A stretch of 64,000 nt of DNA, from the NCBI GenBank assembly GCA_964016885.1, contig OZ024748.1, positions 24,676,001 through 24,740,000 on the forward strand, in the 5' to 3' direction. The position numbers were made by a program, and so were the translations under genes. Numbering within the stretch: the stretch's first letter is position 1; each line of letters opens with the position of its first letter. Below, piece by piece: positions 41,886 through 54,644 of the stretch. The stretch comes from Eledone cirrhosa. Its lineage: Eukaryota. The notes beneath the pieces were generated by a model. The model searched no databases, was not told the origin of the DNA, and saw only the letters and a program-made list of their open reading frames with translations.

Positions 41886-42267
41886 GTAAGTAGATCATGT
41901 GATAGTCAACTTTACCTTTTATGCTTCCAGGGTTGATAAAATAAATTACCAGTGACATACTGGGGTTGATTTAATCAACTTTGCTCTTCTATCAAATTGT
42001 TGATCTTTCTAAGAGTTCTATTGTTTCTGATAATATTCTAACCTAAGTACAAACCAAATGTGTTTAACAGTATAATACACTATATAGTAATATATTACAA
42101 CACTCCTATGAAATATTTGGAACATATGTTAACTTAAAGACAGCTGCTTCAATTCAAGGTTTTTTTTCCTGATTATGATAAATAATCAATCAAGTTGGAT
42201 GTATAAGAAAAAGTGAACATTATTGCCTATATGACAGATAACTGTGTTACCATTACACCAGTGCAAG

Positions 42268-42305
<38 letters not shown>

Positions 42306-42308
<3 letters not shown>

Positions 42309-42490
42309 TCATCGTTTAACGTCTATCTTCCATACTAGCATGAGTTAGACAGGAATAGTACCACTTGAGGCAAGATTCATCAGGTGACCATGTCTCGCTC
42401 ATATAGAACTGTATCTGGCAGCTTTTCTACAGCTGGATGTCCTTCCTAACACCAACCACATTTCAGTGTGGACCAACCACATTTACAATA
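42306..42490 (-). mobile_element. RTE LINE 3' end
   Basis: Diverged reverse complement of 42836-43000. Confidence 0.85.
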
Positions 42491-42509
42491 TATTGTTATA
42501 TGTATATAT

Positions 42510-43013
42510 TAGACCCAGAAAAACCTGAGACGACCTGATAAAATCTGACCTTGCACACTAGCACCTCTCTAAGACAATGTCAATGGATCGAGAACTTTGG
42601 CGTTATGCAGTAATACAGAAGATCCGCCTTCCCTACGTACAAAGTTAAGCCTACAGTCAGTAGGCACCTCTTAACCAAATATATACCCCAACCCACTACT
42701 CCATCTTCCCACTTCCACCATCACCAGCCTTTCTCTGTAAAGTTATGTTGGTACCACAGAACATCCAGTCTACACTAAAGACACACAGTCCATGCTGTAA
42801 ATGTCATGTAGGAGACACAGTAAAAAGGCTCCCAGTCCACACTGTAAATGTGGTTGGTGTTAGGAAGGGCATCCAGCCATAGAAAACCTGCCAGATAGTC
42901 CTATACGAGTGAGACACGGTCTCACGATCAATCTTGCCTCAAGTGGGACAATTCCTGTCTAACCCATGCTAGCATGGAAGATGGACATTAAACGATGATG
43001 ATGATGATGATGA
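42510..43013 (+). mobile_element. RTE LINE 3' end with (GAT)n tail
   Basis: Matches 29165-29618. Confidence 0.88.
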
Positions 43014-43047
43014 ATATGATATATAGATATTTATTTATTTATTACAG

Positions 43048-43241
43048 ATGATGAAATCCTATATTTTGACTGTCTTCCTCTTCCAATCGAACAGTTATGT
43101 TTGGAAACCAAAGAAATATTTCTACCTTTCATCTACAGTAATATAATTCTCACAAAACCAACCAATCAAGAAAACAATAGAATATTTAATGTTTTATACA
43201 ATTTCCTCTCTGCTGTTGAAGTTGCAAATCAAATGACTAAG
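43048..43241 (+). CDS. Dynein heavy chain exon
   Basis: ttacag|..AAG|gtaaat; DEILYFDCLPLPIEQLCLETKEIFLPFI..EVANQMTK. Confidence 0.88.
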
Positions 43242-43816
43242 GTAAATCTATATAGAAATTTGAGCAACTTCTGTCCATCATTTTGTCACACACTGAAGAT
43301 GACCGAGTAGGAAGGGGTGATGACAAACTACAGAAAACAGTGTCTAACATTCACTACACTTGTGTGGTGAGTGTATGTGTATGTTTGTGTGAATGTATGA
43401 GTGTGTTTGTGTATTTTTGTAAGTGTGTCTGTGTTTACATGTTTATAATAATATACTCATAGATGCATCAGTGTGTTGAAAAAAATTCTAATATTTTAAA
43501 ATTTCAGTTGCCATCGAATTCTTTATTTAAGCAGCACCAAAATAGGATATATAGTGTATCCCTGTTTTCAGAATAGGTACATCATATCCCTGCATAATGT
43601 CTAAGAGGTGACTGAAAGAGCAAGCATCAAGAAGGGAATCTGGCTATAAAACATTGTCTCAAACTATCCAATCATGTATCTCCTGAAGCTTAGAGGACAA
43701 ACAGAGATCAATAAAATAAGTAGCAGACTGGAATAAGTACTGGGATTAATATGATCAACTAAATACTTGAAGGTGATGATTGAGCATGACCATAGTCCAG
43801 TGATTGAAACCAGTAA

Positions 43817-43891
<75 letters not shown>

Positions 43892-43989
43892 TGTGTCTGT
43901 AAAATTATGGTGTGCAATGATTAGAAAAAAATCAATAAAAACAATAAATAAATGTGATTTTAACATTTAATTGATATGAATTATTTCAG

Positions 43990-44115
43990 GGAGAATTAGT
44001 TTTGGTTGAGCCACTGACAGAGTTGTTGGTTCCTGCTGGTGTAAACTCCCAAAGATATCCAGCAATCAAATACCTCTTGGAGTCAACAGTAATTGCTTGG
44101 ATTTCTGAAAGTAAG
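43990..44115 (+). CDS. Dynein heavy chain exon (start of DHC_N1)
   Basis: tttcag|..AAG|gtaagg; GELVLVEP..KYLLESTVIAWISESK. Confidence 0.9.
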
Positions 44116-45793
44116 GTAAGGAAAGATATTATATTTAGTCAGAAACTGTTGGAATAATGGAATGGGTTCAACCACTATCAGCAATATTAAAATGTCAAAC
44201 TCTGACAGCTTTGAACATTTTGGCAGTGGAGTCACGACCTCCAGCAAGACACTTTATTTCACATTGTTTCAGTTCACACAGCTGGTAGAAATTAGTTGTA
44301 CTTTTAATTAGCCTTGTCACACACTGTGTCATACTAAATAGTACACATGTCTGTGTAATGCTCAGCCACTTACATGTTAATCCCATAAGCAGACCATTCC
44401 ATTACTCGAACAATTGTACCAGTCTTGGACAGTTGTTAGAGTATTGGATTAGATGCCTTGGGCTATTTCTTCCGGGTTCAAATCTTGCTGCCACCTAGCT
44501 GGACGGTAGATTTTATCTGTTCCCTGATTTAACATCATCACCACCACCACCACCATCACTGCCGCTGTCCCCCCCCCCCCCACCTGGTCTGTGGCTATCT
44601 TTAGCAAAATCCATTCAGTTGCAAGTATCTAAGTCTGGTCTCTGGTCAAAGGATACTGCACTCCCTTCCCAACCCTACCAGTCTTGGAGGCCTTGAAAAG
44701 TGTCATAAATAGTGCTCTTCCTCCTAACAAAGTAATAGAATGAAAAAAAAACGGACCACATAATACAATAGTTTATCCGAGGAAGGGCATCTACCCATAG
44801 AAACCAGTCTATACTTTTCTAGCAATGAAGCAAACATTAAATAATAATGGTTTTCCTTTGATTTTAAGACGGTTGAGTATGATTTAAAAGAGATTTAGCT
44901 GCTATTTCTTGCAGGTTAAATAAACCATATAGAGAGTCTTCTTCAGTACTTATTGGTGTTGACCTCTGTTCCTGTGTGGCTCACATCATTGTTTTTGCTA
45001 CTCCCTGCTTCCCCAAACAAGACATAGTTCTATTTATATCTATTATATTCAGCTTACTAACATATATATTAGCTGTAAGATAACATACTTTCATTTTGAT
45101 TCATCAATAAAACAATTCAATTTTGCTATTTTAATGTCATTTCAGCCAATATTTCACTCTAAGATTTTCAATGCTAGAAATTCAATCCAATATGTATGTT
45201 ATGTGAATTTAATAAAACATATTCCACAGAGGTATGCATCAGGTTTCTCACCAAGTTGAATATCACAGAATTAATCTTTTAAAGCAGCAGTCTCTCAATC
45301 TCAGTTGTCTCTTGTCAATTTCTCTTCCTGAAATGTCAACTTGTAATATATCATATCTTTTTTAGTAGCTTTCTTGTGTTACCATATATGGAGTCTAATT
45401 TAATAGCTTCCTTGTGTTACTATATATGGTATTTTCTTTAATAGCTTTCTTTTGTTGCCATATATGGTATTTTCTTTAATATCTTCTTTGTATTGCCATA
45501 TATGGTGTCTAGTTTATTATATTGCTGTCCAATTCTACAGAGCCATTGAATGGACCGATGTCAGTTTTGACGATGAGTGTTTCAGTTGTTTGATCAATGG
45601 AACAGACTGCTCATAAAATTAATATGTATATGGCTGAGTATTCCACAGACATGTGTACCTTTAATGTAATTCTCAAGGAAATTCAGCATGGGACAGTGTG
45701 TGATAAAGCTGGCCTTTTGAATTACAGGTTCAGTCCATTTGATGGGCGTCTAAACCATTTCCATGTACCCAAATTCATTCTAGGAACATTTTA

Positions 45794-46090
45794 TCATGAC
45801 ACCAGCACTACCACCTTGCAAGGTGGACTGGGTACATTTTTGTCATGATATCAGCACTACCACCTTACAAAGTGGACTGGGTGCTTTTCGTCGTGACGCC
45901 AGCACTACCATCTTGCAGGGTGAACTGGGCACTTTTTGTCGTGGCGCTAGTATGACCACCTTGCAAGGTGGATTGGGAACTTTTTGTTGTAGCATCCGCA
46001 CTATCACCTTACAGGATTGACTGGGAGCTTTTTGTCATAATACTAGCCCTACTACCTTACAGGATAGATTGGGAACATTTTATTGTGACT
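45794..46090. repeat. Diverged 48-bp minisatellite, ~6 copies
   Basis: ..GCACTACCACCTTGCAAGGTGGACTGGG.. repeated with 48-49 bp period. Confidence 0.85.
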
Positions 46091-46203
46091 CCACATTATT
46101 CATACATATATCGATAACAAAAATGTTTATGTTAAACATCAATGAAGAATGCAAGGCTGTGTAGTTAAACTGTTCACTTCCCAGCCATGAGGTTGTGTGT
46201 TCT

Positions 46204-49200
46204 GTTCCACTGTACACCACATTAGACCACTGTCTTATTCTACCACAGTATCAGACTAACTAGTTATAGTTCCACTGTACATCACATTAGACCAGTGTCT
46301 TATTCTACCACAGTATCAGACTAACTAGTTATAGTTCCACTGTACATCACATTAGACCAGTGTCTTATTCTACCACAGTACCAGACTAACTAGTTATAGT
46401 TCCACTGTACATCACATTAGACCAGTGTCTTATTCCACCACAGTATCAGACTAACTAGTTATAGTTCCACTGTACACCACATTAGACCAGTGTCTTATTC
46501 CACCACAGTATCAACTAACTAGTTATAGTTCCACTGTACACCACATTAGACCAGTGTCTTATTCTACCACAGTACCAGACTAACTAGTTATAGTTCCACT
46601 GTACATCACATTAGACCAGTGTCTTATTCTACCACAGTATCAGACTAACTAGTTATAGTTCCACTGTACATCACATTAGACCAGTGTCTTATTCTACCAC
46701 AGTATCAGACTAACTAGTTATAGTTCCACTGTACATCACATTAGACCAGTGTCTTATTCTACCACAGTATCAGACTAACTAGTTATAGTTCCACTGTACA
46801 TCACATTAGACCAGTGTCTTATTCTACCACAGTACCAGACTAACTAGTTATAGTTCCACTGTACATCACATTAGACCAGTGTCTTATTCCACCACAGTAT
46901 CAGACTAACTAGTTATAGTTCCACTGTACACCACATTAGACCAGTGTCTTATTCCACCACAGTATCAACTAACTAGTTATAGTTCCACTGTACACCACAT
47001 TAGACCAGTGTCTTATTCTACCACAGTATCAACTAACTAGTTATAGTTCCACTGTACATCACATTAGACCAGTGTCTTATTCCACCACAGTATCAGACTA
47101 ACTAGTTATAGTTCCACTGTACACCACATTAGACCAGTGTCTTATTCCACCACAGTATCAGACTAACTAGTTATAGTTCCACTGTACACCACATTAGACC
47201 AGTGTCTTATTCCACCACAGTATCAGACTAACTAGTTATAGTTCCACTGTACACCACATTAGACCAGTGTCTTATTCCACCACAGTATCAACTAACTAGT
47301 TATAGTTCCACTGTACACCACATTAGACCAGTGTCTTATTCTACCACAGTATCAGACTAACTAGTCATAGTTCCACTGTACACCACATTAGACCAGTGTC
47401 TTATTCCACCACAGTATCAGACTAACTAGTTATAGTTCCACTGTACACCACATTAGACCAGTGTCTTATTCTACCACAGTATCAGACTAACTAGTCATAG
47501 TTCCACTGTACACCACATTAGACCAGTGTCTTATTCCACCACAGTATCAGACTAACTAGTTATAGTTCCACTGTACACCACATTAGACCAGTGTCTTATT
47601 CTACTACAGTATCAGACTAACTAGTTATAGTTCCACTGTACACCACATTAGACCAGTGTCTTATTCCACCACAGTATCACACTAACTAGTTATAGTTCCA
47701 CTGTACATCACATTAGACCAGTGTCTTATTCCACCACAGTATCAACTAACCAGTTATAGTTCCACTGTACATCACATTAGACCAGTATCTTATTCCACCA
47801 CAGTATCAGACTAACTAGTTATAGTTCCACTGTACATCACATTAGACCAGTGTCTTATTCCACCACAGTATCAGACTAACTAGTTATAGTTCCACTGTAC
47901 ACCACATTAGACCTGTGTCTTATTCTACCACAGTATCAGACTAACTAGTTATAGTTCCACTGTACATCACATTAAACCAGTGTCTTATTCCACCACAGTA
48001 TCAGACTAACTAGTTATAGTTCCACTGTACATCACATTAGACCAGTGTCTTATTCCACCACAGTATCAGACTAACTAGTTATAGTTCCACTGTACATCAC
48101 ATTAGACCAGTGTCTTATTCCACCACAGTATCAGACTAACTAGTTATAGTTCCACTGTACACCACATTAGACCAGTGTCTTATTCTACCACAGTATCAGA
48201 CTAACTAGTTATAGTTCCACTGTACACCACATTAGACCAGTGTCTTATTCCACCACAGTATCAGACTAACTAGTTATAGTTCCACTGTACACCACATTAG
48301 ACCAGTGTCTTATTCCACCACAGTATCAGACTAACTAGTTATAGTTCCACTGTACACCACATTAGACCAGTGTCTTATTCCACCACAGTATCACACTAAC
48401 TAGTTATAGTTCCACTGTACACCACATTAGACCAGTGTCTTATTCTACCACAGTATCAGACTAACTAGTTATAGTTCCACTGTACAGCACATTAGACCAG
48501 TGTCTTATTCCACCACAGTATGAGACTAACTAGTTATAGTTCCACTGTACACCACATTAGACCAGTGTCTTATTCCACCTCAGTATCAGACTAACTAGTT
48601 ATAGTTCCACTGTACACCACATTAGACCAGTGTCTTATTCCACCACAGTATCAGACTAACTAGTTATAGTTCCACTGTACACCACATTAGACCAGTGTCT
48701 TATTCCACCACAGTATCAGACTAACTAGTTATAGTTCCACAGTACACCACATTAGACCAGTGTCTTATTCCACCACAGTATCAACTAACTAGTTATAGTT
48801 CCACTGTATACCACATTAGACCAGTGTCTTATTCCACCACAGTATCAGACTAACTAGTTATAGTTCCACTGTACACCACATTAGACCAGTGTCTTATTCC
48901 ACCACAGTATCAGACTAACTAGTTATAGTTCCACTGTACACCACATTAGACCAGTGTCTTATTCCACCACAGTATCAGACTAATAAGTTATAGTTCCACT
49001 GTACACCACATTAGACCAGTGTCTTATTCCACCACAGTATCAGACTAACTAGTTATAGTGCCACTGTACACCACATTAGACCAGTGTCTTATTCTACCAC
49101 AGTATCAGACTAACTAGTTATAGTTCCACTGTACACCACATTAGACCAGTGTCTTATTCCACCACAGTATCAGACTAACTAGTTATAGTTCCACTGTACA

Positions 49201-52020
49201 CCACATTAGACCAGTGTCTTATTCCACCACAGTATCAGACTAACTAGTTATAGTTCCACTGTACACCACATTAGACCAGTGTCTTATTCCACCACAGTAT
49301 CAACTAACCAGTTATAGTTCCACTGTACATCACATTAGACCAGTATCTTATTCCACCACAGTATCAGACTAACTAGTTATAGTTCCACTGTACATCACAT
49401 TAGACCAGTGTCTTATTCCACCACAGTATCAGACTAACTAGTTATAGTTCCACTGTACACCACATTAGACCTGTGTCTTATTCTACCACAGTATCAGACT
49501 AACTAGTTATAGTTCCACTGTACATCACATTAGACCAGTGTCTTATTCCACCACAGTATCAGACTAACTAGTTATAGTTCCACTGTACATCACATTAGAC
49601 CAGTGTCTTATTCCACCACAGTATCAGACTAACTAGTTATAGTTCCACTGTACATCACATTAGACCAGTGTCTTATTCCACCACAGTATCAGACTAATAA
49701 GTTATAGTTCCACTGTACACCACATTAGACCAGTGTCTTATTCCACCACAGTATCAGACTAACTAGTTATAGTGCCACTGTACACCACATTAGACCAGTG
49801 TCTTATTCTACCACAGTATCAGACTAATAAGTTATAGTTCCACTGTACACCACATTAGACCAGTGTCTTATTCCACCACAGTATCAGACTAACTAGTTAT
49901 AGTGCCACTGTACACCACATTAGACCAGTGTCTTATTCTACCACAGTATCAGACTAATAAGTTATAGTTCCACTGTACACCACATTAGACCAGTGTCTTA
50001 TTCCACCACAGTATCAGACTAACTAGTTATAGTGCCACTGTACACCACATTAGACCAGTGTCTTATTCTACCACAGTATCAGACTAATAAGTTATAGTTC
50101 CACTGTACACCACATTAGACCAGTGTCTTATTCCACCACAGTATCAGACTAACTAGTTATAGTTCCACTGTACACCACATTAGACCAGTGTCTTATTCCA
50201 CCACAGTATCAGACTAACTAGTTATAGTTCCACTGTACACCACATTAGACCAGTGTCTTATTCCACCACAGTATCAGACTAACTAGTTATAGTTCCACTG
50301 TACACCACATTAGACCAGTGTCTTATTCCACCACAGTATCAGACTAACTAGTTATAGTTCCACTGTACACCACATTAGACCAGTGTCTTATTCCACCACA
50401 GTATCAGACTAACTAGTTATAGTTCCACTGTACACCACATTAGACCAGTGTCTTATTCCACCACAGTATCAGACTAATAAGTTATAGTTCCACTGTACAC
50501 CACATTAGACCACTGTCTTATTCCACCACAGTATAAGACTAACTAGTTATAGTGCTACTGTACACCACATTAGACCAGTGTCTTATTCTACCACAGTATC
50601 AGACTAACTAGTTATAGTTCCACTGTACACCACATTAGACCAGTGTCTTATTCTACCAAAGTATCAACTAACTAGTTATAGTTCCACTGTACACCACATT
50701 AGACCAGTGTCTTATTCTACCACAGTATCAACTAACTAGTTATAGTTCCACTGTACACCACATTAGACCAGTGTCTTATTCCACCACAGTATCAGACTAA
50801 CTAGTTATAGTTCCACTGTACACCACATTAGACCAGTGTCTTATTCCACCACAGTATCAGACTAACTAGTTATAGTTCCACTGTACACCACATTAGACCA
50901 GTGTCTTATTCCACCACAGTATCAGACTAACTAGTTATAGTTCCACTGTACATCATATTAGACCAGTGTCTTATTCTACCACAGTATCTGACTAACTAGT
51001 TATAGTTCCACTGTACACCACATTAGACCAGTGTCTTATTCCACCACAGTATCAGACTAACTAGTTATAGTTCCACTGTACACCACATTAGACCAGTGTC
51101 TTATTCCACCACAGTATCACACTAACTATTTATAGTTCCACTGTACATCACATTAGACCAGTGTCTTATTCCACCACAGTATCAGACTAACTAGTTATAG
51201 TTCCACTGTACACCACATTAGACCAGTGTCTTATTCCACCACAGTATCACACTAACTGGTTATAGTTCCACTGTACATCACATTAGACCAGTGTCTTATT
51301 CCACCACAGTATCAGACTAACTAGTTATAGTTCCACTGTATACCACATTAGACCAGTGTCTTATTCTACCACAGTATCAGACTAACTAGTTATAGTTCCA
51401 CTGTACACCACATTAGACCAGTGTCTTATTCCACCACAGTATCAGACTAACTAGTCATAGTTCCACTGTACACCACATTAGACCTGTGTCTTATTCTACC
51501 ACAGTATCAGACTAACTAGTTATAGTTCCACTGTACACCACATTAGACCAGTGTCTTATTCCACCACAGTATCAGACTAACTAGTTATAGTTCCACTGTA
51601 CACCACATTAGACCAGTGTCTTATTCCACCACAGTATCAGACTAACTAGTTATAGTTCCACTGTATACCACATTAGACCAGTGTCTTATTCCACCACAGT
51701 ATCAGACTAACTAGTTATAGTTCCACTGTACACCACATTAGACTAGTGTCTTATTCCACCACAGTATCAGACTAACTAGTTATAGTTCCACTGTACACCA
51801 CATTAGACCAGTGTCTTATTCCACCACAGTATCAGACTAACTAGTTATAGTTCCACTGTACACCACATTAGACCAGTGTCTTATTCCACCACAGTATCAG
51901 ACTAACTAGTTATAGTTCCACTGTACACCACATTAGACTAGTGTCTTATTCCACCACAGTATCAGACTAACTAGTTATAGCTCCACTGTACACCACATTA
52001 GACCAGTGTCTTATTCTACC
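46204..52020. repeat. Intronic satellite, 65-bp unit GTTCCACTGTACACCACATTAGACCAGTGTCTTATTCCACCACAGTATCAGACTAACTAGTTATA, ~89 copies
   Basis: Homogeneous tandem array without spacers. Confidence 0.99.
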
Positions 52021-52230
52021 ATGATGTCAGTCTAACTGAAGAAGATGTGGAAGTAACATTTGTTAGATGGAAATTTGTGGGAACAGATTGATAAAATGAA
52101 AACCAGCCAAATCACAATATTTGACTAAAGCTCCTGCTGTCATCACACAGTGCAACCAATAATATCAGTAAAAGTACAATATAATCAATCTATGATGAAA
52201 TTTAATCAATTTCTTTCCATTTTACTTTAG

Positions 52231-52452
52231 GCATTATTACTACATGATCCTGTCAAAGAATTGTTGACCAATTTTGGTGCCAGTCCTACACCTGAAGATC
52301 AATTAAATGTATGGAATGAGAAGTTGCAAAAGTTGCATTCATTTCTTCAACAACTCCACTTACCTGTGAACCAGAAGATTATTGAATATATTCAGCAGGT
52401 GGATAGTCCTTTTATCAATGCCATCATTTATATAACGAAACAAATTGGTCAG
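52231..52452 (+). CDS. Dynein heavy chain exon
   Basis: ctttag|..CAG|gtgtgt; ALLLHDPVKELL..SPTPEDQLNVWNEKLQKLHSFLQQL..DSPFINAI. Confidence 0.9.
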
Positions 52453-52472
52453 GTGTGTCATATTTTTCTACT

Positions 52473-53153
52473 ATATTTCTAATGAAAGACACTGTCTATG
52501 TCATTACCCCTCCATTACCATATTTCTAATGAAAGACACTGTCTATGTCTTTAACCCTTTCATTACCATATTTCTAATGAAAGACACTGTCTATGTCATT
52601 AACCCTTCCATTACCATATTTCTAATGAAAGACACTGTCTATGTCATTAACCCTTCCATTACTATATTTCTAATGAAAGACACTGTCTATGTCATTAACC
52701 CTTCCATTACCATATTTCTAATGAAAGACACTGTCTATGTTATTAACCCTTCCATTACCATATTTCTAATGAAAAACACTGTCTATGTCATTAACCCTTC
52801 CATTACCATATTTCTAATGAAAGACACTGTCTATGTCATTAACCCTTCTATTACCATATTTCTAATGAAAGACACTGTCTATGTCATTAACCCTTCCATT
52901 ACCATATTTCTAATGAAAGACACTGTCTATGTCATTAACCCTTCCATTACCATATTTCTAATGAAAGACACTGTCTATGTCATTAACCCTTCCATTACCA
53001 TATTTCTAATGAAAGACACTGTCTATGTCATTAACCCTTCCATTACCATATTTCTAATGAAAGACATTGTCTATGCCTTTAACCCTTCCATTACCATATT
53101 TCTAATGAAAGACATTGTCTGTATCATTAACCCTTTCATAACCATATTTCTAA
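52473..53153. repeat. Minisatellite, 48-bp unit, ~14 copies
   Basis: ATATTTCTAATGAAAGACACTGTCTATGTCATTAACCCTTCCATTACC in tandem. Confidence 0.97.
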
Positions 53154-53887
53154 AGATTGATGCAGAGAGAATGTGTATTCTACAAATTTCAATTATATCA
53201 TAAAATATAATATTTGGAAAAAGAAAAAAGAAAAAGAAAAAGAATTAAATAATGAAAATAAGTGAAAGGGGGTGTAGTGAACAGACTCTAGACCCCACTG
53301 GTCTAGGTGATATATCTTTATCATTATTAATTATCAACATCTTGTGATGATTTAGCCGAAAATATTTAAAAAGAGGTTTGTTAATTTATGTTTATAATAT
53401 GTTTACTAGAAAACAGATAGTTGTGAAGATTTGCAGTTTTACAGGAAAGAAATTGGTTTTATGTGATGCAATCATGCATGTGAGAATGTCTTGCTCATGT
53501 AGTTCATGTAGTACAGGACATTAATCTATTATTTAGTAACCCCAGAAAACATCATTTGCTGATGAAGTGCACTGCCCAAAACATTACACTTTTTCTATTT
53601 CTAATGGTTAACCAATTAATTATACATTTAAATCATTCAAAATTTAATTAATCCACACAAAATAATGAATAATTTTAATGAAATGAATTCAATCATTTGG
53701 CTATGTTTGTGTTAAGATGCTATGAATGAGTATAGGTGCTAGTATTGTTGTGTGTCATGGTTAGTGTTGCTGTGTAGTTAAAAAGATTGCTTCACAACCT
53801 CATGTTATATATATATATATAACAAAGAAGGTGTGGTAAGATACCAGGTGGACCATAACGCACCAGAGTACTCAATACTTAGCGTAG

Positions 53888-54001
53888 TAGGAAAAGTTTC
53901 AGGACACCGCTGGCTGAGCTCCAGCCATTGCGACATCTAGATCCAAACGGATCTAGCTGTCGAAATGGCCGAAGTTCAGCCATCGGGGTCCTGACTCTTT
54001 T

Positions 54002-54005
<4 letters not shown>
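53888..54005. other. Long imperfect hairpin in a TA-flanked insert (53821-54005)
   Basis: TAGGAAAAG..TCAGGAC..TGGCTGAGCT..CTAGATCC-AAAC-GGATCTAG..AGTTCAGCCA..GTCCTGA..CTTTTCCTA. Confidence 0.85.
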
Positions 54006-54041
<36 letters not shown>

Positions 54042-54346
54042 CAATTTAAACGTTTGTATAGAGCTAATAAGCCATAGCAGACTAGAAGAAGTATCTAGTA
54101 CTTCTTACTGTTGAGAAACAAAAAAAAAACATAAACAGATAAGTGAATATAAAAATAAAAATTAAAATAAAAGAAAATTAAAATAGAGAAAGCCAACTGG
54201 AAGCAAAATAAACATAAAAAAAATTGGAAAACAAGGAAAGCTGTAAAGCAGCTAGAAGGTTCTGTTATTGAATCTTTTCATAACCTTCATATACTCAAAG
54301 GTTTTGTTATAATAATGTCCATAAATTTTGGTTAATTCTTGAATAG

Positions 54347-54495
54347 ATGATTGAAATGTGTGAAGCAATTGTACCTCACTTGAAATCTGTGTGGACGTGT
54401 TGTATGAGAATTAAGGACAGCACAACACCAGATGAGATTCTCTTACATTTGGAACCTATCATGTCAACTATGTTCTTCATCTGGTCACACTCAAC
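54347..54495 (+). CDS. Dynein heavy chain exon
   Basis: gaatag|..AC|gtaagt; MIEMCEAIVPHLK..LEPIMSTMFFIWSHS. Confidence 0.9.
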
Positions 54496-54644
54496 GTAAG
54501 TCATCTTAGTTTGATTTTTCTTTTGATAATTCTGATGGAAAAATGTCATGTGAGTTGTATGACGAAACTTTCAAATCACTCTGGACACATCATCATCATC
54601 ATCATCATCACCATCACCATCACCACCACCACCACCACCATATG

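Noticed and set aside
46204-52020. CRISPR-like periodicity
   Set aside because: No unique spacers or cas genes; eukaryotic satellite
52445-53203. 252-aa repeat ORF
   Set aside because: 48-bp minisatellite; frame differs from the dynein exon, whose read-through stops at 52482
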